A stretch of 64,000 nucleotides of DNA from Candidatus Iainarchaeum sp. (GTDB taxonomy: Archaea > Iainarchaeota > Iainarchaeia > Iainarchaeales > GCA-2688035): contig JAFCCO010000001.1 in assembly GCA_017610175.1 (NCBI GenBank), forward strand, positions 72,265 to 136,264. The letters run 5' to 3'. The translations under genes and the position numbers were made by a program. Position 1 is the first letter of the stretch. Every line of letters starts with the position of its first letter. The notes beneath the pieces are model-generated. The model had not been told where the DNA came from. It saw only the letters and a list, made by a program, of their open reading frames with translations, and did no database searches. Positions 17,787-26,293 of the stretch are shown here, one piece after another.

Positions 17787-18548
17787 ATGGCTGAAAAGGT
17801 TACGGTGATTGTTCCTGTTTTCAACGAGGCGGCAGCACTCCCCTCTGTTTTGAAACCCCTTGTTTCCTGGAGAAACCAGGACAAAGCAGGAAGGGCCCTT
17901 GTGGTGGTAAATGATGGGAGTATTGACAGGACCGCTGAAGTTGCCCGCAGTCTTGGAGTAAAGGTAATTCCATCAGATTCCAAGCAGGGCAGAAATATTG
18001 GAAAGGCAGAGGCATTTATTGCAGGAGCCAAGCAGGCCAGGGCAAACAAAAGCGATGTTTTGGTTACGCTGGACGCCGACCTTCTCAATGTGACACCCAA
18101 GAAAGTGAACCAGTTGGTGGAGCAGCTTTCGCGCCTGAACGTAAACATGGTTACAGGCAAGGTTTATCCCACCGCCAAGCGGGGCTTTTTTCCAAAGCTC
18201 TTAAGGGGCCTGAATTTGGCCTTTTGGTCAAAGCCGATTCTAAAGGAGCACAGCGGCCAGCGGGCAATTAAAATGCGTGCATTAAGCCAGTTGTTTAACA
18301 ATAACCCAAAGTGGCTTTCTGCATTGAGGGGTTACGGGCTTGAAGCAGGCTTAAACTCTCTCATAAAAAAAGCCGCATTTTTTCCAAGGGGCGGAAAGGT
18401 TTTGTTCAACTCCCAGCCATCTTTTCGAAAGGGAAAAAAGGGCCTGAAAAGGCAGGTTACGCAAACCTATGTCTTATTTGATGAATGGGATGCTAAGGCA
18501 AGGGAATTGCGTAGGCAAAGAAAGAGGGCCAGAAGGGGAAGGCGTTAA
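17787..18548 (+). CDS. Family 2 glycosyltransferase (GT2) with basic C-terminal tail
   Basis: Six-frame ORF 17724..18548; motif-supported start MAEKVTVIVPVFNEA at 17787; VVVNDGSIDRT and TLDADL motifs; ends RRQRKRARRGRR. Confidence 0.7.
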   Translation: MAEKVTVIVPVFNEAAALPSVLKPLVSWRNQDKAGRALVVVNDGSIDRTAEVARSLGVKVIPSDSKQGRNIGKAEAFIAGAKQARANKSDVLVTLDADLLNVTPKKVNQLVEQLSRLNVNMVTGKVYPTAKRGFFPKLLRGLNLAFWSKPILKEHSGQRAIKMRALSQLFNNNPKWLSALRGYGLEAGLNSLIKKAAFFPRGGKVLFNSQPSFRKGKKGLKRQVTQTYVLFDEWDAKARELRRQRKRARRGRR

Positions 18549-18555
18549 ATTAAAG

Positions 18556-18630
18556 TGCCGGAGGAGGGATCTGAACCCTCGACCTTTCGATTATGAGTCG
18601 AACGCTCTAACCAGGCTGAGCTACTCCGGC
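18556..18630 (-). tRNA. tRNA-Met, elongator type (anticodon CAT)
   Basis: rc = GCCGGAG-TA-GCTCAGCCTGGTTAGAGC-G-TTCGA-CTCATAA-TCGAA-AGGTC-GAGGG-TTCAGAT-CCCTC-CTCCGGC-A; G1-C72 and non-GGG anticodon stem argue against initiator. Confidence 0.8.
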
Positions 18631-18676
18631 CTCTGAATCAGTAAATATTAGGGAAAGCGAGCAATTAAAAAAGCTT

Positions 18677-19405
18677 TCAGAGAGCAAGAATTCCGTTTAC
18701 CGCTTCGTCGCCCAAATCGTTTTGCTTGCTGTAATCCATTCTGCTCTTAACGGAAATTCCCTTCTTGCTGTGCGTTATTACGCGGTCGGCGTAGCCGATA
18801 AAAAGCCCTGTTTCAAGAACTCCCGGAACGTTCTTTGACTGGAACTCCAATTCGTCCATTGAGTAAATTTCGTCAATGTCAACGTTGATAATGTAGTGGT
18901 TTGTTTCGGTCCTGAACGGCTTGCCCCCCTTTTTCTGCAGCTTTGCCGTTCCAAGCGCCTCCAGCTGTGCAAGGGTCCTTTTCCACCCGAAAATTGAAAC
19001 CTCGAACGGAACAATTCCCGAAAGCCTTTTTGCAAGATTTGCTTCATCCGTTATTGCAATCATCTCCGCAGCACTCTGCGCAATCATCTTATCGCGAACA
19101 AGGCTTGTTGAATCCCTTTTGATGTAATTGAAGAGCGAGTCAACCTTGTCAACGAATTCAACCGCCACATCAACCTCGCGCTCGTTGATGTCTGCAACAG
19201 GAATGTGCAGGTCACCCAGAACAGCGGCAATCCTGCTGCTTGTTGGAATAACCCTCACTTTCTCCAAATGATGCTCTTCATCCTGAAGCTTTAGCGCAAT
19301 CTTCTTCAAAAAAGTTTCAGAGTCCCTGCTTGTTCCAAAGGACAGGATGGAATCTGGCTTAATGTACTTGTCCACAAGGGCATCGATTATTTCTTCCGAA
19401 AGCAT
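18677..19405 (-). CDS. Ribose-5-phosphate isomerase A-like protein (divergent)
   Basis: 242 aa; overall RpiA-like layout (ILSFGTSRDSE, IPTSSRIA, VPFEVSIFGWKRTLAQLEALG, PGVLETGLF) but the canonical GxGxGST, DGADE and KGGGGA motifs are substituted. Confidence 0.5.
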   Translation of the reverse strand: MLSEEIIDALVDKYIKPDSILSFGTSRDSETFLKKIALKLQDEEHHLEKVRVIPTSSRIAAVLGDLHIPVADINEREVDVAVEFVDKVDSLFNYIKRDSTSLVRDKMIAQSAAEMIAITDEANLAKRLSGIVPFEVSIFGWKRTLAQLEALGTAKLQKKGGKPFRTETNHYIINVDIDEIYSMDELEFQSKNVPGVLETGLFIGYADRVITHSKKGISVKSRMDYSKQNDLGDEAVNGILAL

Positions 19406-19956
19406 TCAACCTAATAAAGTGCTTTGGGATATTTAAAGGTTTTTACAGGTTTAAACCGCTTATTCTAAATAGCATCACCTCCTTTTGGAATTTTTTCTCA
19501 GGACTCTGCTTTTCTCGGCTTAAACTTTTGGCCTCGTTTCTTTCGGCACAAAGGATTTAATGCCTCCAAAAGCACCAGAGATGTCCACGAAAAAATTCGT
19601 TAACTTGGAGGTGATGCGATGATTTCAAATAAAGTTTCAGAAGCAAGAGACAGCCCATTTAGCGACGGGTTTTCTCTTGCAGAATTATGCAAGAATCTTA
19701 AGAGGGAGTGGTCGCTGTGAACACCGGAAAGCCACTCTTTCCAAGAGGTTTTAAAGGGGGAAAACAAAGTTCTTGTATGCAAGAGCGGGTTGGGTTTGAA
19801 TCTAGCGAGGTAAGGAAAGAATTCTTTGCAGCCGTCAGAAAAGCAAGTAGAGTTAGTAGTTGGGACAAACTTGCTAACTTTTTGGCTTTGCATAGATCTC
19901 AATTCCAAAAATACCAATAGGGGGCGCTGTTTATTTCTTACAATCGGTTCAATTCA

Positions 19957-20853
19957 ATGATACATTTATTGTCGATAGAAAAGCAAACTTATTTCAAAGC
20001 AAATATAATTAGCAGGCCCTGGAATTGGGGTGCGATTAAAGGCGGAAAGGCTTGTTTTGAAAAGCACAAAGACGAAATTATTGGTGGGCTTAGAACTGGC
20101 TTCAACGAAAAGTTCCTTAAGAGTGAAAGAGAGCAGTGGTATAGATTTATGGAAAATCCGCTCTCAACAGAGCTTTGTGAATTTATAGGGGCTGTCATAG
20201 GAGATGGTTGTATTACTGCCTCAGCAGGTAAGCGAACAAGACCACTTTATTGTGTAAACATTACAGGGGATGCAAAACTTGATAAAAATTATCTTACAAA
20301 TACTCTCCCGGCAATTATTGAAAGACTTTTCAATATTACCCCTTGTATATATTTTAGGAAAAAGAAAAGAGCGATGACACTCAATTTTCACTCTAAAATG
20401 TTGTTCAAAATGTTTACAAATCGATTTAATTTTGTATCGGGCAATAAGACATTTAGTGTTACTATTCCTGATGAAATACTCTTAGCAGGGAGTGAATTCA
20501 TTTTCGCGACGACTCGAGGAATTTTTGATACCGATGGATGTGTTTTCTTTGATTTGCGAAAAAAGTATAAGAAACCGTATCCTCGAATAACTTTGAATAT
20601 TGTAAGTCAGCCACTGTTCATTCAGCTGAAGGATTTTCTTAGCAAGTATTTCTCTCTTTACACTCAGCACAATGTCAAGAGAAATAGTTATTATGTTGAA
20701 GTTTATGGTCACAAACAATTTGAGAAGTGGATGAGATTGATTGGATTCTCAAATCAGAGGCACCTTAGCAGAATAAGGGGTAATTATGAGCTCCGACCGG
20801 GAGTCGAACCCGGGACCTCGTCATTACCAATGACGCGCTCTGAACCAAACTGA
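19957..20853 (+). CDS. Free-standing double-motif LAGLIDADG homing endonuclease-like protein
   Basis: 298 aa; two LAGLIDADG motifs (FIGAVIGDGCI and TRGIFDTDGCV) about 100 aa apart; last 20-odd codons are antisense to tRNA-Thr(GGT). Confidence 0.7.
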   Translation: MIHLLSIEKQTYFKANIISRPWNWGAIKGGKACFEKHKDEIIGGLRTGFNEKFLKSEREQWYRFMENPLSTELCEFIGAVIGDGCITASAGKRTRPLYCVNITGDAKLDKNYLTNTLPAIIERLFNITPCIYFRKKKRAMTLNFHSKMLFKMFTNRFNFVSGNKTFSVTIPDEILLAGSEFIFATTRGIFDTDGCVFFDLRKKYKKPYPRITLNIVSQPLFIQLKDFLSKYFSLYTQHNVKRNSYYVEVYGHKQFEKWMRLIGFSNQRHLSRIRGNYELRPGVEPGTSSLPMTRSEPN

Positions 20854-20865
20854 GCTATCGGAGCA
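20790..20865 (-). tRNA. tRNA-Thr (anticodon GGT)
   Basis: rc = GCTCCGA-TA-GCTCAGTTTGGTTCAGAGC-G-CGTCA-TTGGTAA-TGACG-AGGTC-CCGGG-TTCGACT-CCCGG-TCGGAGC-T. Confidence 0.85.
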
Positions 20866-20904
20866 ATATAAAAACTTACAATTAGAAAACTATTTTAATC
20901 TGTC

Positions 20905-22155
20905 CTATTCAAGCAGCTTTCTGAGTTTCTCAAGCTTTTCAAGCGAAATCTTGCTTTGCTTTCCCGACTTAAGCACTTTAACGGTCAGATTCTTTTCCTT
21001 CAACTCATTTTCTCCAAGAATTGCCACAAGCGGAATCCCTTTCTTGTCCGCATACTGGATGTTTTTTCCGATTCCGCGGTTCATCAAATCCGTTTCACAG
21101 TTCAGTCCGAGACCGCGAATCTTTTCGGAGACCGCGATTGATTGCTCAACCGCCTTGTCCCCAAGCGGGACAACAAATATATCGGCTGAAGCCTTTTTCT
21201 CAATTCTTTTCTCCAATGAATCAAGAAGCCTTTCCACCCCAAATGACCCTCCAATTGCCGGCGTTTTCTGCCCGCCGTAGCTTTCCACGAGCTTGTCATA
21301 GCGCCCACCTGCAGCCACACTTGGCCCGTCTTTTAGCTTTATTTCAAAAACCGTTCCTGTGTAGTACTCGAGTCCGCGTGCAAGGCTTAAGTCAACTTCA
21401 ATAAACTTGTCAAGCCTGTTTTTTTTCACAAGCCCCATTACCTGCTGCAGCGCTTTGAGCGGCTCATCATTTTTAAGCTTTAATTTCGCAAGGTCGTTTA
21501 GCGCAACCTGCTTCAGAATCTTTGATGAAATTTCCTTTTCCTTCAGCTCTTTCTCAACCCCTTTTTCCCCAATCTTGTCAAGCTTGTCCAAACATCTGAA
21601 GCAGTCAACGATTTTTTCCTTTTCAATTCCGCAGCAGAGTGCAATTTCCTCAAGCAGAGTTCTGCTGTTTACAACAACCTTGAACTCCCCTTTCTTGAAT
21701 CCGAGGGCAAGCATTGTTTTTGCGCAGATTGCCAGAATTTCAAAGTCTGCCAGGGGAGAGGCGCTTCCCAAAATGTCAAAGTCTGCCTGAGTAAATTCAC
21801 GGTATCTCTTTGCCTGCGGCCTGTCGTACCTGTAAACTCTTCCCACTGCATACCTTTTGAAAGGCCTTTGCAGCTGCGGATTTGTTGCGGCAACGCGTGC
21901 CAGCGGAACGGTTAAATCAAACCTTAGCCCTAGCTCTCTATCCGACTTGTCCTTGAAGTAGTAAATCTCTTCCTTAATTGCTTCCCCGCCTGTTCCCTTC
22001 TTTGCAAGCAGTCCAAACTCCTCCACAATAGGGGTTTCCATTGGCTCAAAGCCGTAGCTCTCAAAAATAGATTTGCAAATGGATTCAATCCACTTTTTCT
22101 TTGAGGCCCTTTCCGGAAGAAAGTCCTGCATTCCCCTGACCGTTTTGAAGCTCAT
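20905..22155 (-). CDS. hisS: Histidyl-tRNA synthetase
   Basis: 416 aa; RGMQDFLP, FDLTVPLAR, YRYDRPQAKRYREFTQADFDILG class II HisRS motifs. Confidence 0.9.
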   Translation of the reverse strand: MSFKTVRGMQDFLPERASKKKWIESICKSIFESYGFEPMETPIVEEFGLLAKKGTGGEAIKEEIYYFKDKSDRELGLRFDLTVPLARVAATNPQLQRPFKRYAVGRVYRYDRPQAKRYREFTQADFDILGSASPLADFEILAICAKTMLALGFKKGEFKVVVNSRTLLEEIALCCGIEKEKIVDCFRCLDKLDKIGEKGVEKELKEKEISSKILKQVALNDLAKLKLKNDEPLKALQQVMGLVKKNRLDKFIEVDLSLARGLEYYTGTVFEIKLKDGPSVAAGGRYDKLVESYGGQKTPAIGGSFGVERLLDSLEKRIEKKASADIFVVPLGDKAVEQSIAVSEKIRGLGLNCETDLMNRGIGKNIQYADKKGIPLVAILGENELKEKNLTVKVLKSGKQSKISLEKLEKLRKLLE

Positions 22156-22820
22156 TTCAATTCACCTAAACCAATTTTTCCTGTGTAAAGCGCCATTCCA
22201 ATTACTGCCTTTACTCCGGATTCTTCAAGCTTTTCTGCCTCTTCCCTGCCTGAAATTCCTCCGGCTGCACTAATCTTATTTCTACAAACGCTTTTTAACC
22301 TTTTAATTGTTGCCCAGTCAGGCCCCTGCATTAATCCCTCCTTTTCAATGCATGTGTAGAGGAATTCACCGCAGTATTGCCCAAGCCGTTTTGCCCGCTC
22401 AACAGGCCCTTCGTTCAATGCATTTTTCCAGCCCTGCACTGCAACCTTTCCCTCCCTGCTGTCTAATGCAACAATCACCCTCTCCCTCCCAAATTCTTCA
22501 CATAATTTGGAAAGAAATTCTGGCTCTGCCCTTGTTCCAATAATTACTTTCTTTGCCCCTGCTTCAAAAACCCCTCTTGCTTTTTCCACTGAACGAATTC
22601 CTCCTCCAACTCTTGCGTTCACAATCCCGCAGATTTTTTTCACCTCTGCAAGATTGCTTCCCTGTTCCATTGCGGAATCCAAATCAATTACCTGAACCTC
22701 TTCAAATTCTGAAAAGCGCTGCGCAAACTCTGCCGGGGGCTCTGCAATTGAGAGAGCAAGCCTTTTCCCCTGCTTCAGCTGAACAACTTTTTTGCCCATT
22801 AAGTCAATGCTTGGAATCAA
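22152..22820 (-). CDS. hisA: ProFAR isomerase HisA
   Basis: 222 aa; MIPSIDLMGKKVVQL N-terminus and (beta/alpha)8 glycine-rich phosphate-binding segments; 4-nt overlaps with hisS and hisF. Confidence 0.85.
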   Translation of the reverse strand: MIPSIDLMGKKVVQLKQGKRLALSIAEPPAEFAQRFSEFEEVQVIDLDSAMEQGSNLAEVKKICGIVNARVGGGIRSVEKARGVFEAGAKKVIIGTRAEPEFLSKLCEEFGRERVIVALDSREGKVAVQGWKNALNEGPVERAKRLGQYCGEFLYTCIEKEGLMQGPDWATIKRLKSVCRNKISAAGGISGREEAEKLEESGVKAVIGMALYTGKIGLGELK

Positions 22821-23584
22821 ATTCTCACCTCCAGTCCCTTTTCTTTTAGAAACTCCTTTGCCTCTGCAATTGAGCAGTCTTCCCTCTGGAAAATGCCTGC
22901 CGCAAGAACTGCGTCAGCCTCTCCCTTGTCCAGCACCCCGTACAAGTCCTTTGGGCTTCCAGCTCCTCCTGACGCAATCACCGGAATTCCAACAGATTCA
23001 CTTACCTCTTTTGTCAGCTTTAAGTCAAAGCCGCTGTTTGTGCCGTCTTTGTCCATGGACGTGAGCAGTATTTCTCCTGCCCCAAGCGATTCCGCCTGTT
23101 TTGCCCACTCAACCGCGTCTTTTTCAGTCAATTCCTTGCCCCCGTAGATTGAACACTTCCAGCCTGAACCGCTGTGCTTTGCGTCAATTGCAACAACAAC
23201 GGCTTGCCTTCCAAACTTTTTTGAAAGAGTGGTTATGAGTGATGGATTGAGCATTGCAGATGTGTTAATGCTTACCTTGTCCGCCCCCGCTTTGAACGCA
23301 GCAACTGCCTCTTCCTCTGAACTAATTCCCCCTCCGACTGTGAGCGGGACAAAGACCTGCGCAGCGCTTTTCCTCACCACATCAAGCATTGTGCCCCGCC
23401 TTTCGGCTGAAGCCGTTATGTCAAGGAAGCAAATTTCGTCCGCTCCCCCCCTGTAATACTTTTCCGCAATTTTGCTTGGTTCCCCAACATACTTTAGTTC
23501 TGAGAACTTTGTTCCCTTTACCACCCTTGCGCTTTGGCCGCTTAAGTCGCAGTCAAGGCAGGGAATTATTCTTTTTGCAAGCAT
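22817..23584 (-). CDS. hisF: Imidazole glycerol phosphate synthase cyclase subunit HisF
   Basis: 255 aa; RIIPCLDCDL...GADEICFLDITAS...VPLTVGGGI. Confidence 0.9.
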   Translation of the reverse strand: MLAKRIIPCLDCDLSGQSARVVKGTKFSELKYVGEPSKIAEKYYRGGADEICFLDITASAERRGTMLDVVRKSAAQVFVPLTVGGGISSEEEAVAAFKAGADKVSINTSAMLNPSLITTLSKKFGRQAVVVAIDAKHSGSGWKCSIYGGKELTEKDAVEWAKQAESLGAGEILLTSMDKDGTNSGFDLKLTKEVSESVGIPVIASGGAGSPKDLYGVLDKGEADAVLAAGIFQREDCSIAEAKEFLKEKGLEVRI

Positions 23585-23586
23585 TT

Positions 23587-24183
23587 TTATTTCACCTCCG
23601 TTTTTGCAAAATTTCTCAATATCTTTAGACCTGCGTTTCCGGACTTTTCCGGGTGGAACTGTGTTGCGGCAAGGTTTCCTTTCTGCACTGCTGCGCAGAA
23701 CCTTTTTCCGTAAAACGATTCAGCCGCAATCGCTTCCTTTTCAGGGACTGCAAAGAAGCTGTTTGCAAAGAAGAACCATTCTTCTCCAATTCCCTCAAAC
23801 AATCCTCTGCTGCTTAAGGGAATTACCTGATTCCAGCCCATTTGCGGAACCTTTTTTGCAACAGTGAACCTTTTCACGCTCCCCTTCAGCCGGCAAAGGC
23901 CCTCTCCCTTTGATTCCTCACTTTCCTCGAAGAGAATTTGCATTCCAAGGCAGATTCCGAGAAACGGCTTTTCAAGCGCAGCCCTTTTCAGTGCCTGCTC
24001 AATTCCATTTTCCCGAATTTTCTCCATTGCCTGCCCAAAGCTCCCTACTCCTGGCAAAACAATTCTCTTTGCTTCAGCTATTTCCTTTGCTGTTGAAGCA
24101 AGGGTGGTTTCCTGCCCTATTTTCCTGAATGCGTTCTCAAGGCTCTGTATGTTTCCGCAGCCGTAGTCAACTATTGCAATCAT
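23587..24183 (-). CDS. hisH: Imidazole glycerol phosphate synthase glutaminase subunit HisH
   Basis: Start trimmed to MIAIVDYGCGNIQSLENAF (class I amidotransferase); catalytic Cys in ICLGMQIL; ORF track's longer N-extension overlaps hisI. Confidence 0.85.
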   Translation of the reverse strand: MIAIVDYGCGNIQSLENAFRKIGQETTLASTAKEIAEAKRIVLPGVGSFGQAMEKIRENGIEQALKRAALEKPFLGICLGMQILFEESEESKGEGLCRLKGSVKRFTVAKKVPQMGWNQVIPLSSRGLFEGIGEEWFFFANSFFAVPEKEAIAAESFYGKRFCAAVQKGNLAATQFHPEKSGNAGLKILRNFAKTEVK

Positions 24184-24503
24184 TTCCTCACCCTCCCAAG
24201 AAAGCAGGTTTTCCTGTTCAAGTGGCAGGCGTTCCCCTTCTGCTTGACCATGAAAAGCAGGGAATCCCTGTCGCAGTCGCTCAAAGCCAAAATAAGTTCC
24301 TGTGTGTTGCCGCTTGTTTCTCCCTTTTCCCAAAGCGATTGCCTGCTTCTGCTCCAGTAAATTCCCTTGCCTGCCCTCAGCGCCTTTGCAAGTGACTCTT
24401 TTGAGGAGTATGCAAGCATCAGCACCTTTCCCGAATCAATTTCCTGCACTACGGTTGGAACAAGCCCGTTGCATTTCTCCCACTTAATTGCGTCGCTTTT
24501 CAT
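24180..24503 (-). CDS. hisI: Phosphoribosyl-AMP cyclohydrolase HisI
   Basis: Start trimmed to MKSDAIKWEKCNGLVPTVVQE; YWSRSRQSLWEKGETSGN and DCDRDSLLFMVKQKGNACH motifs; 4-nt overlap with hisH, 20-nt overlap with hisG-E. Confidence 0.8.
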   Translation of the reverse strand: MKSDAIKWEKCNGLVPTVVQEIDSGKVLMLAYSSKESLAKALRAGKGIYWSRSRQSLWEKGETSGNTQELILALSDCDRDSLLFMVKQKGNACHLNRKTCFLGRVRK

Positions 24504-25350
24504 TGTTTCGCCTCCGCAATTCGTTGAACACCGCGTCAACCGAAACGCCCTGCTCCAGCAGTAACGCTGAAACAAAGTAGAGGAGATCAGCTGCTTCCCA
24601 CACAACCTTGCTTTTCCTTCCCTCAAGTGCTGCCTCAATTAACTCAAAGCATTCCTCGTTGAGTTTCTTGCAGAGCAGGCTTTTGTTGGAAAGGAGTTTT
24701 CGCGTGAAACTTTTTGGGTTTGATGAAGCGCTTTCGCGCAAAGCATTTGCAAGCCCCTTCATTTCAAACGAATTCTCCTGCTTCTCCCCAATGAGAACGA
24801 TGTCGCTTTCAAACACCTTCTCAAGAATTGAGAGCCCGCATTCGCGCATTGCCTTTCCGGTGCAAACTACATCCAGGCACAAGTCTGCAATGCCCTGCTC
24901 AACCGCTCTCTCAAGGTTTCCGTTGACTTCCTTCACTTCAACGCTTAGGCCGTTGCGCCTCAGCTTCTCCAAATAGTTTTCGCTAAGAAGCCTGAACTTT
25001 GGGTTTACCGCACAGGAAACCGTTCCCTTTCCCTCCAGTTTTGTGGTCTCATATCCAAGCAGGCAGAGTGTTGGCTTTCCAAAGACCATTCCCGCTCCCC
25101 TCCAGGGAATCTTTTTGAGAATCGCGAGAGAGGTTTGCGTTCCAAGGCAGTATTCGGTGAAGAGATCTTCCCCTGTTATTCCAATCGCTTTGGAGCCGGC
25201 TGAATTCAGCTCGTCCACAAGCTTTGGAATGTCCTCCCCCCTAAACTCTATTGTTTCTGTATTCCCAAACCCTTCTTTCTTTATTGCTTTAAGGGACCTG
25301 TCCCTTAATCCACTGTTTTTTGGCAACAGCACTTTTGTGAAGTGAACCAC
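24484..25350 (-). CDS. hisG: ATP phosphoribosyltransferase (short-form HisG) fused to phosphoribosyl-ATP pyrophosphatase HisE
   Basis: 288 aa; N-terminal about 200 aa HisG-like; C-terminal about 85 aa (SFTRKLLSNKSLLCKKLNEECFELIEAALEGRKSKVVWEAADLLYFVSALLLEQGVSVDAVFNELRRR) carries the HisE/MazG-type EAADLLYH...LL...GV motif. Confidence 0.7.
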   Translation of the reverse strand: MVHFTKVLLPKNSGLRDRSLKAIKKEGFGNTETIEFRGEDIPKLVDELNSAGSKAIGITGEDLFTEYCLGTQTSLAILKKIPWRGAGMVFGKPTLCLLGYETTKLEGKGTVSCAVNPKFRLLSENYLEKLRRNGLSVEVKEVNGNLERAVEQGIADLCLDVVCTGKAMRECGLSILEKVFESDIVLIGEKQENSFEMKGLANALRESASSNPKSFTRKLLSNKSLLCKKLNEECFELIEAALEGRKSKVVWEAADLLYFVSALLLEQGVSVDAVFNELRRRNNEKRRN

Positions 25351-25599
25351 CCTGCATTCTTACGTCTGTTTCTGATTTCATCTAGTTGCACCTCCGAAGT
25401 TATTGATGAAGTAAATCACTTTCAGAAAAAGAATTGGTTTGGCAAAGCCCTTTAGGGACCCATGCATCACCTCCACCAGAAGCAAAGCTGGCACACAGGC
25501 TTTTCCCGGGCAATATCTGAGTACTGTTGTTTTTTGGATTATTTAATGATTTCCTTTTCCTGAGAATTTGCTGTTTTGTATTGATGGAAAAGGGTAAAG

Positions 25600-25672
25600 G
25601 GCCGCGGCCGGGAATCGAACCCGGTTCCATCGGACCACAACCGAAGATCCTAACCGTTAGACTACCGCAGCC
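25600..25672 (-). tRNA. tRNA-His (anticodon GTG) with genomically encoded G-1
   Basis: rc = G(-1)-GCTGCGG-TA-...-TTCGG-TTGTGGT-CCGAT-GGAA-CCGGG-TTCGATT-CCCGG-CCGCGGC-C; T stem abuts acceptor 3' strand only if the first G is position -1, pairing with discriminator C73. Confidence 0.8.
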
Positions 25673-25899
25673 ATTGTTTTTTGTAATAGAATTTGTTTCT
25701 AAAAAGAAATAAGAAGCTTTCTTCACGCCGGATTGTTTAGCCTCAAGGCTGAAAAAATCATTTCTGCATTCTGCCTTTTTCGCCGTAAAAACAGCCGTGA
25801 AGTAAATCACTCATAATAAAATTGTCCACCAACTTCTATTTAAAGGTTTGCAGAATCCGGCTCCCAAACAATTAAATAAATCCAATTCACATAGTTATT

Positions 25900-26290
25900 T
25901 GGGAAACATGGCTTATACTGCTGGCGAGCGCGGAAAAGAAATGCGTGCGGAAAGGGCTGCGGAGGCGCGAGAGGGAAGAATGCTTACCATGCAGCGCACT
26001 CCGAAAATGATTCCGCAGCAAAGGCGTGCAAGCGCTTTTTTCAAGTTGCCTTTTATTGGCGGGCTTTTGCAGGCAATTTATGTTTGGGTTGCGGGAAGGG
26101 GCGTGTTTCGGGCAATTTCAAGAAGGCAGCCTTTGCGCAGGGCGCCACACGTTCCAGGCTCACGCTTCAGGCCGCTTCGCGCAAGAACGCGGAATGGTGC
26201 TTTGGCCCAAAGGCATGCAGGGCGGTTGGGTCCTGGTTCACGTGATTTTATGGCAAGAGCCACAAAGCCGAGTAATTTGAGGCGAAGGCA
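25900..26290. other. GC-rich segment of ambiguous coding status (candidate structured ncRNA, or a very Arg-rich small protein)
   Basis: Locally GC-rich relative to neighbours; three mutually overlapping ORFs in different frames and strands with no recognisable domains; + frame gives an Arg-rich product (many CGN/AGG codons). Confidence 0.2.
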
Positions 26291-26293
26291 TCG

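Noticed and set aside
19472-19482. Sequence catcacctcctt resembling the 3' end of 16S rRNA
   Set aside because: No flanking rRNA-like sequence; isolated 11-mer, part of the inverted repeat noted above; not an rRNA gene.
19600-19920. ORFs 19600..19917 (-) and 19708..19920 (+) in the spacer before the LAGLIDADG gene
   Set aside because: Mutually overlapping, no motifs, odd composition; region more likely non-coding or degraded.
25400-25810. 136-aa minus-strand ORF and 61-aa plus-strand ORF (25527..25712)
   Set aside because: Both run straight across tRNA-His (25600..25672); no motif support; treated as spurious.
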